The notes beneath the pieces were generated by a model that worked only from the letters and a program-made list of their open reading frames with translations, ran no database searches and was not told where the DNA came from. A DNA stretch of 42,712 nt from Escherichia phage LotteLoewe_Bas71. The stretch is from sequence record PQ850615.1; one strand, given 5' to 3'. The position numbers and the translations under genes were made by a program. Positions 1-8,093 of the stretch are shown here, piece by piece (position 1 is the stretch's first letter; the number at the start of each line of letters is the position of its first letter).

Positions 1-39
1 GTGCGCTCTGATGGTCAGACGCATATGCAAGGGGATTCT

Positions 40-549
40 ATGAAGCTGAAACTTAAGCAGCCATCGCCAGAGGTGGTACAAGCTGCACATGAAGAAGCTG
101 TTAGCGCAAACCGTCGCCGTAAACGACCGCGCGGTAAACAGAGCCTTTATCAATCATCCCGTAATTCTGCGGCATTGTGGGACCCGGACTACTGTGACGC
201 GTTAATCGAGTTCTTCGACCGCACGTCGTGGGAGCTTGTGCCAACGTCTAAGGGTGACGAACGCCCGCTGATTCAGGATAAACCACCGTCACTGGCCCGC
301 TTCGCCTTACACATCGGAGTCACTATCCCGATTATTAAGCTTTGGCTGCGTGAGATTCCCGCATTTGCAGAAGCCTGGGAGACAGCACAGGCGCTGGAAG
401 AGGCATACTTCACTGAAACGGGGGCCGCGGGCATCTCTGCTACGTTTGCTGCCGCGAAACTGGGCCTGAATAAAACAGTTGTCGCCGAAGAAGTACGCGA
501 CGAGCCAATCAGCGAAGTAACAATTAAGGTGGTGTCCGGTGAACGTTAA
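40..549 (+). CDS. putative terminase small subunit
   Basis: Lies immediately upstream of and overlaps the terminase large subunit gene; basic N-terminal region. Frame is open to the window edge (GTG 1, ATG 25, ATG 40); ATG 40 has an AGGGGA SD. Confidence 0.45.
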   Translation: MKLKLKQPSPEVVQAAHEEAVSANRRRKRPRGKQSLYQSSRNSAALWDPDYCDALIEFFDRTSWELVPTSKGDERPLIQDKPPSLARFALHIGVTIPIIKLWLREIPAFAEAWETAQALEEAYFTETGAAGISATFAAAKLGLNKTVVAEEVRDEPISEVTIKVVSGER

Positions 550-1810
550 TATCACGGCAACGGAGCCGCAAGGCGCGTTTCTCGGTATGCATTGCAAGTT
601 TCCGGCATTCGTAGCTGGCTTCGGTACGGGTAAATCCGAAGTTATGTGCAACTCTGCACTACTCGACAGCATGGAAGGTGGTAGCGATTCTATCATCGCC
701 ATGTATGAGCCGACTTATGACCTGGTGCGCCTCATCCTTGCACCGCGTATGGAAGAAAAGCTCACCGACTGGGGTATCCGGTACAAATACAACAAGTCTG
801 ACAACATAATCTATACGTCTTCCGGACAATTTGGGGATTTTGTTCTGCGTACACTTGATAATCCAGCACGAATCGTTGGCTACGAATCGTTTCGTGCGAA
901 AATCGACGAGTTGGACACCCTTAACATGGAGCACGCCGAGCACGCGTGGAACAAAGTCATCGCCCGTAACCGCCAGTTGCCGCGGACATATAAACCTATT
1001 ACACCGAAACCTGCTAATACCGTTTCCGTGTTCACTACCCCGGAAGGATTCCGTTTCGTACATGACCGCTGGGTAGTCAAAAAGAATCCAGGCTACGAGA
1101 TGATTCAGGCGTCCACCCTGTCTAACCCGTTCCTGCCAGAAGATTATGTGCAGTCGTTACGCGACACATACCCAGGTCAGTTGATTGACGCCTACATCAA
1201 CGGCGAGTTCGTCAACCTGACGGCGGGGACTGTCTATTACGCCTATGACCGCAGGAAAAACAGCAGCCGCGAAACAATAAAACCAGGCGAGACTCTGTAT
1301 ATCGGGCAGGACTTTAACGTAGGCCACATGGCTAGTACAGTTTACGTGCAACGTGGCAAAGTCTGGCATGCAGTCGCCGAGTTGGTGGATATGTTCGATA
1401 CGCCCGATGTGGTGAGAGCCGTAACAGAGCGCTGGAAAAGTAAGGGCCACTATATCGTTATGTACCCCGACGCAAGCGGTAAAAACCGTAAAAGTAACAA
1501 CGCCAGCACATCTGATATTGCCCAGTTACAGCAGGCCGGCTTCGAAGTGCGCGCTAAATCGACAAACCCACCGGTTAAAGACCGCGTAGCGGCGATGAAT
1601 AAGGCGCTTGAATCTGGTATGGTCATGATTAATGAACAGGCTTGCCCTGTTACCGCACGATGCCTGGAGCAACAGGCTTACGACAAGAACGGCGAACCGG
1701 ATAAATCAGGCGGTGTGGACCACCAGAATGATGGAACCACATACCCTATCGCGTATGAAATGCCGATTCGCAAACCAGTTATTAACGTCCCGGTGACTTT
1801 CGCACTTTAA
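539..1810 (+). CDS. terminase large subunit
   Basis: 423 aa, GTG start with AAGGTGGTG SD; N-terminal P-loop-like GFGTGKS; position between small-subunit candidate and portal. Confidence 0.7.
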   Translation: MNVNITATEPQGAFLGMHCKFPAFVAGFGTGKSEVMCNSALLDSMEGGSDSIIAMYEPTYDLVRLILAPRMEEKLTDWGIRYKYNKSDNIIYTSSGQFGDFVLRTLDNPARIVGYESFRAKIDELDTLNMEHAEHAWNKVIARNRQLPRTYKPITPKPANTVSVFTTPEGFRFVHDRWVVKKNPGYEMIQASTLSNPFLPEDYVQSLRDTYPGQLIDAYINGEFVNLTAGTVYYAYDRRKNSSRETIKPGETLYIGQDFNVGHMASTVYVQRGKVWHAVAELVDMFDTPDVVRAVTERWKSKGHYIVMYPDASGKNRKSNNASTSDIAQLQQAGFEVRAKSTNPPVKDRVAAMNKALESGMVMINEQACPVTARCLEQQAYDKNGEPDKSGGVDHQNDGTTYPIAYEMPIRKPVINVPVTFAL

Positions 1811-1822
1811 GAGGATTATTCA

Positions 1823-3304
1823 ATGTTAACTATGAACGGTCAGAATCAGGGTGTTAAGACAAAACACCGGGAATGGCTGCATCACTTCGATAAATGGCAG
1901 AAGGTACGCCACGCTCTTGAAGGCGACCTTATCCGCTATCTGCGCAACGTCGGGAAGAACGAGCCTGACCAGACCTACGCAGCACAGCGACAGGAAGAAT
2001 ACGAGAACGGCGCTATCTGCTACAATTTCACCAAACGCACGCTGGCGGGGATGACGGGGTCAGTGATGCGCAAAGACCCTGAGCAGATTATCCCGCCTGA
2101 ACTTGAGTACCTGTTGCACAACGCTGACGGTTCAGGTGTCGGGCTGTGGCAGCACGCGCAGGATACGCTGATGGAGATTAACTCGATAGGCCGTGGCGGG
2201 TTGCTGGTGGACGCCCCGGAAACAGCCGCAGCAACGGCGGCAGAGCAGAACGCGGGATTATTAAACCCGGTAATCGCATTCTATACCGCGGAGAACATTA
2301 TCAACTGGAGACTCACCCGCATCGGTTCAGTGAACCGCGTGACGATGGTTGTATTGCGTGAGGCATGGGAATACTCGGAACCAGGCGCTGAGTTTGAAAC
2401 AAAATTCGGCGAGCAATACCGCGTCCTTGACCTGATTGACGGTCGCTACCGCCAGCGCATCTACCGCTTCGATGCCGAAGGTGGCGCACAGGATGAAGTA
2501 ATCGAAATCTTCCCGGAACTCGGCGAACAGTTGCGCGGTAAAATCCCGTTCACGTTCATTGGCGCAAGCAACAACGACGCCACTATAGACGATGCGCCTT
2601 TACTGCCGTTAGCTGAGCTAAATATAGGACACTTCAGAAATTCGGCCGATGTGGAAGAGGCCAGCTTTATAGTAGGTCAACCGACACTGTTCATTGCCCC
2701 CGGCGAGAACATGAGCATGGAGCAGTGGAAAGAAGCCAACCCACACGGCATACGCATGGGGTCGCGTTCAGGCCACAACATCGGCTCCGGCGGAAATGCG
2801 TTTCTGGTTCAGGCGGCGGAAACTAACCTCGCCAAACAGAATATGCTGGATAAAGAGAATCAGGCCATCCAGATTGGCGCGCAGCTTATCACCCCGACGC
2901 AGCAAATCACCGCGGAATCGGCCCGCCTGCAACGCGGCGCCGACACGTCAGTCATGGCAACAATAGCACGTAATGTAAGCATGGCGTATACCGATGCGTT
3001 GCGCTGGGTTGCGGGTATGCTTGGGCTTAGTGAAGATACTGAGATTGAGTTCAAGCTGAATATGGAATTCTTCCTGCAACCTATGACAGCTCAGGACCGC
3101 GCTCAGTGGATGGCGGATATTAACGCTGGCCTGCTACCCGCCACCGCTTACTATGCTGCGTTGCGCAAGGCAGGTGTGACTGACTGGACAGATGAGGACA
3201 TTCAGAACGCTATTGAAGACGCACCTCTGCCGTTGGGTTCTGTTGCTCAGGTAGCGGGAGAGATTCCGCAGTCGGCGCAGCAACAGGACACCACTCAGCA
3301 GTAA
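1823..3304 (+). CDS. portal protein
   Basis: 493 aa ORF directly after terminase large subunit with GAGGA SD; size and position typical of portal; acidic C-terminus. Confidence 0.65.
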   Translation: MLTMNGQNQGVKTKHREWLHHFDKWQKVRHALEGDLIRYLRNVGKNEPDQTYAAQRQEEYENGAICYNFTKRTLAGMTGSVMRKDPEQIIPPELEYLLHNADGSGVGLWQHAQDTLMEINSIGRGGLLVDAPETAAATAAEQNAGLLNPVIAFYTAENIINWRLTRIGSVNRVTMVVLREAWEYSEPGAEFETKFGEQYRVLDLIDGRYRQRIYRFDAEGGAQDEVIEIFPELGEQLRGKIPFTFIGASNNDATIDDAPLLPLAELNIGHFRNSADVEEASFIVGQPTLFIAPGENMSMEQWKEANPHGIRMGSRSGHNIGSGGNAFLVQAAETNLAKQNMLDKENQAIQIGAQLITPTQQITAESARLQRGADTSVMATIARNVSMAYTDALRWVAGMLGLSEDTEIEFKLNMEFFLQPMTAQDRAQWMADINAGLLPATAYYAALRKAGVTDWTDEDIQNAIEDAPLPLGSVAQVAGEIPQSAQQQDTTQQ

Positions 3305-3314
3305 GTTCACCTAT

Positions 3315-3336
3315 AGCCCCGAAAGGGGCTTTCTTA
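3315..3336 (+). terminator. intrinsic terminator after portal gene
   Basis: AGCCCC-GAAA-GGGGCT stem-loop followed by TTCTTAT. Confidence 0.5.
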
Positions 3337-3340
3337 TAGT

Positions 3341-4417
3341 ATGCTATTAACTTTAGCGCCACAGGGTTTATCTATGAGCTTACTTACATCCCTAATCAGC
3401 CATCAGATATGGCTGCAACGCACCGCATCCGGTGAGGTGAAAGACCTCACGCCGTTCATTCAGGAGATAAGGGATGAAATCAAACGGCAGGTGCTGTTAT
3501 TCGGTGACGACGGTCGCAGCACTGCGCGACTGAATAAACTGTTACGCGACCTGGAAGAAGCACTAACCGGTATTACGGGTGACTGGCAAACAAAGCTAAC
3601 AGACGACCTTAAGGAACTGGCGGCGTACGAGGCTGAGTGGAACGTAAAGACACTGACCGCCAACGTAGACGCGGAATTTGTTACGCCTACCGCTGAGCAG
3701 GTATGGGCCGCTGCCGAGTTTCAACCATTATCATTGAGCGACAAGCCCGTTGATTTCACCAAGCTGATGGACGGCTGGGGTGAAACGGAAGTAGCACGTC
3801 TTGTAACTGGAGTTAAGATGGGCTTTGTGCAAGGTCAAACCACACGGCAGATTGTTAAGAATGTTGTTGGCGCTGGTGGACTAGCCGACATCTCAGAACG
3901 TAACGCGACTACGGTAATCCGCACCGCGCTGTCCCACGTATCCAACGAGGCCCGTAACGAGACGTACCGCCAGAACGACGACATCATCGAGAAGTACGAG
4001 TGGGTGTCAACGCTTGACAGCCGCACCAGTACGATTTGCAGGGTCAGAGACGGGATGACGTGGGAAATTGGTAAGGGGCCGATGCCCCCAGCCCATCCGA
4101 ACTGCCGGTCGTGCACGGCTCCGGTAATCAGTTCCGAGTTCGACTTCCTCGATAAAGGCGCAAAACGCGCGGCTAAAGGCGCGGAAGGTGGCACTCAGGT
4201 AAGCGCAGACACCACTTACTACGAGTTCCTTAAACAACAACCGGCGTGGTTTCAGGACCAGGCGCTCGGCCCGGTGCGAGGTAAGATTTTCCGTAACAGC
4301 GGTATATCGCCGGAAGAGTTTCGCGTAATATCTGTAGATGGTTTCGGGAATCCGCTCACGCTTAAGCAGATGGCGGAACTCGATAAACGTGTTGCTGATT
4401 ATCTGAAAGGGGAATAA
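3341..4417 (+). CDS. head morphogenesis / minor capsid protein (SPP1 gp7 / Mu F-like)
   Basis: 358 aa ORF following portal, the conserved position of the gp7/F-like head morphogenesis gene. Confidence 0.5.
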   Translation: MLLTLAPQGLSMSLLTSLISHQIWLQRTASGEVKDLTPFIQEIRDEIKRQVLLFGDDGRSTARLNKLLRDLEEALTGITGDWQTKLTDDLKELAAYEAEWNVKTLTANVDAEFVTPTAEQVWAAAEFQPLSLSDKPVDFTKLMDGWGETEVARLVTGVKMGFVQGQTTRQIVKNVVGAGGLADISERNATTVIRTALSHVSNEARNETYRQNDDIIEKYEWVSTLDSRTSTICRVRDGMTWEIGKGPMPPAHPNCRSCTAPVISSEFDFLDKGAKRAAKGAEGGTQVSADTTYYEFLKQQPAWFQDQALGPVRGKIFRNSGISPEEFRVISVDGFGNPLTLKQMAELDKRVADYLKGE

Positions 4418-4878
4418 TGATGGGCTTTTTCAAAGTAACTGACGTACCGTCTCGTCGCGTAGTCCAGTACGCCCGCGTGTCTGGCTCTGGCGAGAACGTG
4501 GTATTTATTGAGGACGAAAGTGTACTCGGTACACTGGTAGATGATATGCCGTTTGCAGATAAAACCGGTATTGCGTTGCCCGCCGCCGGTATGCTTTATG
4601 AAATTCCGTATCTGGCGGACGCTGGCGACGTGTATTTCTCTGCGCAACCGCAGGACGCTGAACTGGCGGGCGGCAGCGCAACCATCACTGTCGAGGTTAA
4701 GGCAGGCAAAGCGCCGTATTCTCTGACCTGGTACAAAGACGGTAAGGAAGTGGTGAATGCGCCTGAGGAGGCTCTGTCTCTGACGGTTAATGCGGTCGGC
4801 GAATACTTCGTTAAAGTTACTGATGCCGATGGAGTAGAGGCGGTAAGCAAAGCGGCGAAGGTTACTAAGCCAGAATGA
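4417..4878 (+). CDS. Ig-like domain protein (possible capsid decoration)
   Basis: C-terminal Ig-like signature (ATITVEVKAGKAPYSLTWYKDGKEV...GEYFVKVTDADG); ATGA overlap with upstream gene. Confidence 0.5.
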   Translation: MMGFFKVTDVPSRRVVQYARVSGSGENVVFIEDESVLGTLVDDMPFADKTGIALPAAGMLYEIPYLADAGDVYFSAQPQDAELAGGSATITVEVKAGKAPYSLTWYKDGKEVVNAPEEALSLTVNAVGEYFVKVTDADGVEAVSKAAKVTKPE

Positions 4879-4881
4879 TAA

Positions 4882-4909
4882 AAGGCCCCATTATGGGGCC
4901 TTAGTTTTC
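4882..4909. terminator. bidirectional intrinsic terminator
   Basis: AAGGCCCC-ATTAT-GGGGCCTT hairpin flanked by A-run upstream and T-run downstream; between convergent genes. Confidence 0.6.
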
Positions 4910-5111
4910 AACGGAATCTTGTGTTTAAATCCTGCTCATGGACAACCCTCAGAACAGTGTCATAATCCCCGTATCTTCCAGGTTCAAATATATCTAATGC
5001 CTTGTAAGCAGACATTGCGTCAGGGAAAACCTGCAGAACCTTTTTAACCCGGCACAAGTCACCGTCGAACTCTTCATCGAACTCTTGAACTACTTCGCAA
5101 ATTGCATACAT
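4908..5111 (-). CDS. hypothetical acidic 67-aa protein (opposite-strand accessory gene)
   Basis: Strong SD (AGGAGGTGA), own promoter at 5139..5167 and terminator at 4882..4909; antiparallel to flanking head genes. Confidence 0.55.
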   Translation of the reverse strand: MYAICEVVQEFDEEFDGDLCRVKKVLQVFPDAMSAYKALDIFEPGRYGDYDTVLRVVHEQDLNTRFR

Positions 5112-5138
5112 TTTTCACCTCCTGTTTAAGTTAACTGA

Positions 5139-5167
5139 ATAGTACCCTATTATATTGGGGTGTGCAA
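5139..5167 (-). promoter_or_regulatory. leftward class A promoter for accessory gene 4908..5111
   Basis: On the minus strand TTGCAC (5162..5167) - N17 - TACTAT (5139..5144); same palindromic core. Confidence 0.55.
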
Positions 5168-5208
5168 ACTATTTATTTACGTATTCCAGTTATTCCTCCG
5201 AATTGTAA

Positions 5209-5220
5209 ATGTTGGAATAA
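5209..5220 (+). promoter_or_regulatory. candidate late-promoter motif ATGTTGGAATAA (extended -10-like) upstream of spanins
   Basis: 12-mer identical to 5992..6003; contains TGgAATAA. Confidence 0.3.
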
Positions 5221-5221
5221 A

Positions 5222-5233
5222 CTATTCGAATAG
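5222..5233. repeat. perfect 12-bp palindrome CTATTCGAATAG
   Basis: Everted arrangement of the GAATAG/CTATTC half-sites found in the early promoter cores; adjacent to TTGACT (5234..5239). Confidence 0.5.
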
Positions 5234-5442
5234 TTGACTTTTCACTAAAAATATGATAAGCTCCACCTGAGCTTGTGAAGTATGAACAAGCGACCGCGGC
5301 GCGGGCAGGTAACGGAGCGGGACGTAAGTCCTGAGTGTAGTTACGCTGACGCGTTCGGAAGGGCCATACTCTATTGCTTGTGTAAAAAGTAACAGGTTTA
5401 CTGAGATTACGCCGTTTCTATGTTTAAATGATAAGGACTAGC

Positions 5443-5469
5443 GCCCTGCTTTAAGGCAGGGCTTTACTT
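5443..5469 (+). terminator. terminator/attenuator-like hairpin just upstream of the spanin RBS
   Basis: GCCCTGC-TTTAAG-GCAGGGC followed by TTTACTT; 17 nt before spanin ATG. Confidence 0.4.
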
Positions 5470-5486
5470 ATCGAGAAAGGAGAAAC

Positions 5487-5873
5487 ATGAATCTTAAAGC
5501 AACTGTCGTAGCAGGAGCATGTTTCATCATCCTGGTTTACGCACACGGCATCTACCAGTATCGCAGCGGATGGAACGAAGGCCGGGCTAATCTCGTTTCG
5601 CAGCAACAGCAGAAAGCACAGGCTGAGTTAGCGAAGAAAACACAACGGCAGCAGCAGGATGAATCGAAGGCCGCCGCCGCTGACAACGAAGGCAAGACGA
5701 AATCAGAGGTGATTACCCGTGAAGTCGTTAAGTACATTAAAACGCCTGGTCGCAGCGTGTGCACTTTTGACCCTGAGCGCGTGCAGCTCAAGTCCCGCGC
5801 CGTCGCCAACGCCAATTCCATCCCCGGATACGACGATGATGCAGCCGCCGTGCAAACTGGCGCAGCCAAGTAG
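5487..5873 (+). CDS. i-spanin (Rz-like)
   Basis: N-terminal TM helix (ATVVAGACFIILVYAHGIY), Q/A/K-rich predicted coiled coil; embeds a +1-frame lipoprotein ORF (classic Rz/Rz1 architecture). Confidence 0.65.
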   Translation: MNLKATVVAGACFIILVYAHGIYQYRSGWNEGRANLVSQQQQKAQAELAKKTQRQQQDESKAAAADNEGKTKSEVITREVVKYIKTPGRSVCTFDPERVQLKSRAVANANSIPGYDDDAAAVQTGAAK

Positions 5874-5982
5874 CGACGCTGATGAGGATTTGGCCGTCGA
5901 CGTTCAGAATGCTGAATGCGTACGGCAACTGAGGCTGAAAGTGTTTATGTTGCAGGATTACGTGAGGAATATTCTGGAATAG
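5719..5982 (+). CDS. o-spanin (Rz1-like outer-membrane lipoprotein)
   Basis: +1 frame overlapping the i-spanin; signal peptide with lipobox LTLSAC, proline-rich mature region. Confidence 0.65.
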   Translation: MKSLSTLKRLVAACALLTLSACSSSPAPSPTPIPSPDTTMMQPPCKLAQPSSDADEDLAVDVQNAECVRQLRLKVFMLQDYVRNILE

Positions 5983-5991
5983 TTGCCTTGC

Positions 5992-6003
5992 ATGTTGGAA
6001 TAA
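5992..6003 (+). promoter_or_regulatory. candidate late-promoter motif ATGTTGGAATAA upstream of scaffold/capsid genes
   Basis: Exact repeat of 5209..5220, about 60 nt upstream of scaffold ATG. Confidence 0.3.
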
Positions 6004-6064
6004 TTTATTCTTGACATGTAAATCCGGGTGGCCCGGATTCCAACGTCCAGGGGACATACTGACT

Positions 6065-6766
6065 ATGAATCGTTTTTTACGTTATCCGTTCCAGGAAGAA
6101 GCTGGAGCAGAAGATAAAGCTGGTGGCGGTGACGCTCCTAAAATGTTCACCGCTGAAGAAGTTCAGGCGCTGATTGAGAAAGAAGTTGCCGGGCTTAAGG
6201 CTAATCAGGAAGCATTGTTGGCGGAGAAGAAAGAAGCCGCTCGCAAAGCAAAAGAGGCCGAAGAAGAACGGCAGCGCGCGCACCAGGAGGCGTTAAAAGC
6301 CGCTGGTAAGATGGATGAGTTCGAAAAGACGATTCGTAGCCAGTACGACCCTGTGTTAGCCGAGAAAGACGGTCGCATCTCCAGAATGGCAGAGCGTATC
6401 CTCGGCAGCGAACGTAAAGCGGTGCTAGGCTCTTTCGCGGGTGACTTTATTACCCCAGAAGCAGTGGACATTCTTGCGCCGTTCGTTAAGACTGAGTTCG
6501 AAGGCGATGATGTGGTTACTAAGTTTGTTGGTGCAGACGGTAACGTAATCACGACTGACCCGGAACAGTTCCGCAAATACCTGCGCGAACACAAGGCGTT
6601 TTCGCATTTGATCAAAGCAAATGCAGCTTCCGGCGGCGGGGCTTCCGGTAGCAAAGGCGGCGGGGCCGCACCAGCGTTTAAAGACATGAGTGAAGCAGAG
6701 CGTTTAGCCCTGTATAAATCGAACCCTGCCGAATTTGAACGGCAACTTAAAGCCCTGAGGAAATAA
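6065..6766 (+). CDS. capsid scaffolding protein
   Basis: E/K/A-rich predicted coiled-coil protein immediately upstream of the major capsid gene; start refined to internal ATG 6065 with AGGGGA SD. Confidence 0.55.
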   Translation: MNRFLRYPFQEEAGAEDKAGGGDAPKMFTAEEVQALIEKEVAGLKANQEALLAEKKEAARKAKEAEEERQRAHQEALKAAGKMDEFEKTIRSQYDPVLAEKDGRISRMAERILGSERKAVLGSFAGDFITPEAVDILAPFVKTEFEGDDVVTKFVGADGNVITTDPEQFRKYLREHKAFSHLIKANAASGGGASGSKGGGAAPAFKDMSEAERLALYKSNPAEFERQLKALRK

Positions 6767-6768
6767 TA

Positions 6769-7818
6769 ATGGCAATTACCACTATCGGCGATATCGTAAC
6801 TGGCAACATCCCGGTCCTGGCGTCTTATATGACCGAGGACCCGGTAGAAAAAACCGCGTTCTTCCAGTCTGGTATTCTGACCCCGACCCCGTACGCTGCC
6901 GAGATTGCCCGCGGCCCGTCCAACGTCGCTAATATTCCTTTCTGGAAAGCGATTGATACCTCTATCGAGCCGAACTACTCGAACGACGTATACCAGGACA
7001 TCGCCACCCCGCGTAACGTGCAGACCGGCGAGATGATGGCGCGCGTTGCGTACCTGAACGAAGGTTTCGGTCAGGCGGATTTGACCGTTGAACTTACCAG
7101 CCAGAACCCGCTGCAATCCGTAGCGTCACGTCTGGATAACTTCTGGCAGCGTCAGGCACAACGCCGTCTGATTGCTACCGCGCTCGGGCTGTACAATGAC
7201 AACGTAGCCGCTACCGACGCATACCACGAGCAGAATGACATGGTAATCGACGTGTCTGCTACTCTGGGCTTCGATGCGGGCGCGTTCATCGACGCTACCC
7301 AGACTATGGGCGATGCTCTGATGGGCAACGGCGGTGAAGTGCTGGGGGCTATCGCGATGCATAGCTTCGTTTATGCGCAGGCACGTAAGCAGCAGCTTAT
7401 CGACTTCATCCGTGACGCGGACAGCAACACCATGTTCGCCACCTACCAGGGCTACCGCGTGATTGTTGACGACAGCATGACCGTAGTCGGCACTGGCCCG
7501 ACCCGTAAGTTCATCTCCATCATCTTCGGCAACGGCGCTATCGGTTACGGTGAAGGTTCTCCGTCCAACCCGCTGGAATACGAGCGCGAAGCGTCCCGCG
7601 GCAACGGCGGCGGCGTTGAAACCCTGTGGACCCGTAAGACCTGGTTGCTACATCCGTTTGGTTACAGCTTCACCAGCGCAGTAATCACCGGTAACGGCAC
7701 CGAGACTGTCGCACGTTCTGCTTCCTGGCAGGACCTGGCGAACGCCTCCAACTGGAACCGTGTGGTTGACCGCAAGCACGTACCGATTGCCTTCCTGGTA
7801 ACTGGTGTCGGTGCTTAA
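6769..7818 (+). CDS. major capsid protein
   Basis: 349 aa ORF after scaffold, followed by a strong intrinsic terminator; position and size typical. Confidence 0.7.
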   Translation: MAITTIGDIVTGNIPVLASYMTEDPVEKTAFFQSGILTPTPYAAEIARGPSNVANIPFWKAIDTSIEPNYSNDVYQDIATPRNVQTGEMMARVAYLNEGFGQADLTVELTSQNPLQSVASRLDNFWQRQAQRRLIATALGLYNDNVAATDAYHEQNDMVIDVSATLGFDAGAFIDATQTMGDALMGNGGEVLGAIAMHSFVYAQARKQQLIDFIRDADSNTMFATYQGYRVIVDDSMTVVGTGPTRKFISIIFGNGAIGYGEGSPSNPLEYEREASRGNGGGVETLWTRKTWLLHPFGYSFTSAVITGNGTETVARSASWQDLANASNWNRVVDRKHVPIAFLVTGVGA

Positions 7819-7833
7819 GGTTAAGCTATAATC

Positions 7834-7862
7834 GAGAGGGACTTCGGTCCCTCTTTTCATTT
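7834..7862 (+). terminator. intrinsic terminator after major capsid gene
   Basis: AGAGGGAC-TTCG-GTCCCTCT stem with UUCG tetraloop followed by TTTCATTT. Confidence 0.6.
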
Positions 7863-7868
7863 ACCGTA

Positions 7869-8057
7869 GTGGTAACTGGCGGTCTGGAGCCGTATTCCTA
7901 CCAGTGGTACAAAGATAACAACGCCATCGACGGAGCCACCGCAGCTACCTATGCGAAGGCGTCCACTACTACCGCAGATTCAGGCACGTATAAAGTGGTT
8001 GTTCACGATGTGTATGGTAATATTATCTCCAGCAGCACCGTAGCAACTGTGTCTTAA
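7869..8057 (+). CDS. Ig-like domain ORF lacking initiation signals (possible recoded C-terminal extension of the capsid protein)
   Basis: Ig-like signature (YSYQWYKDNNAIDGATAATY...GTYKVVVHDVYGN); GTG start without SD; frame is open from 7770, overlapping the capsid gene 3' end in the -1 frame. Confidence 0.4.
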   Translation: MVTGGLEPYSYQWYKDNNAIDGATAATYAKASTTTADSGTYKVVVHDVYGNIISSSTVATVS

Positions 8058-8093
8058 TACAACGGCCCTTCGGGGCCGTAATAAGGAAAGGTC

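Noticed and set aside
1-39. Terminase small-subunit start at the window edge (GTG at 1 or ATG at 25)
   Set aside because: Neither has an SD and the frame is open to the edge; ATG 40 with AGGGGA is the best supported start, but an upstream start beyond the window cannot be excluded.
5280-5400. Possible tRNA in the GC-rich part of the spanin leader
   Set aside because: No cloverleaf can be drawn and there is no GTTCRAnYC T-loop or acceptor-stem complementarity.
6205-7116. 303-aa minus-strand ORF overlapping the scaffold and major capsid genes
   Set aside because: Antisense to two strongly supported structural genes; Arg/Ser-rich, no initiation signals.
8059-8080. Hairpin ACGGCCC-TTCG-GGGCCGT as a terminator
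   Set aside because: Followed by AATAAGGAAAGG rather than a U-tract; more likely an mRNA structural element next to the downstream RBS.
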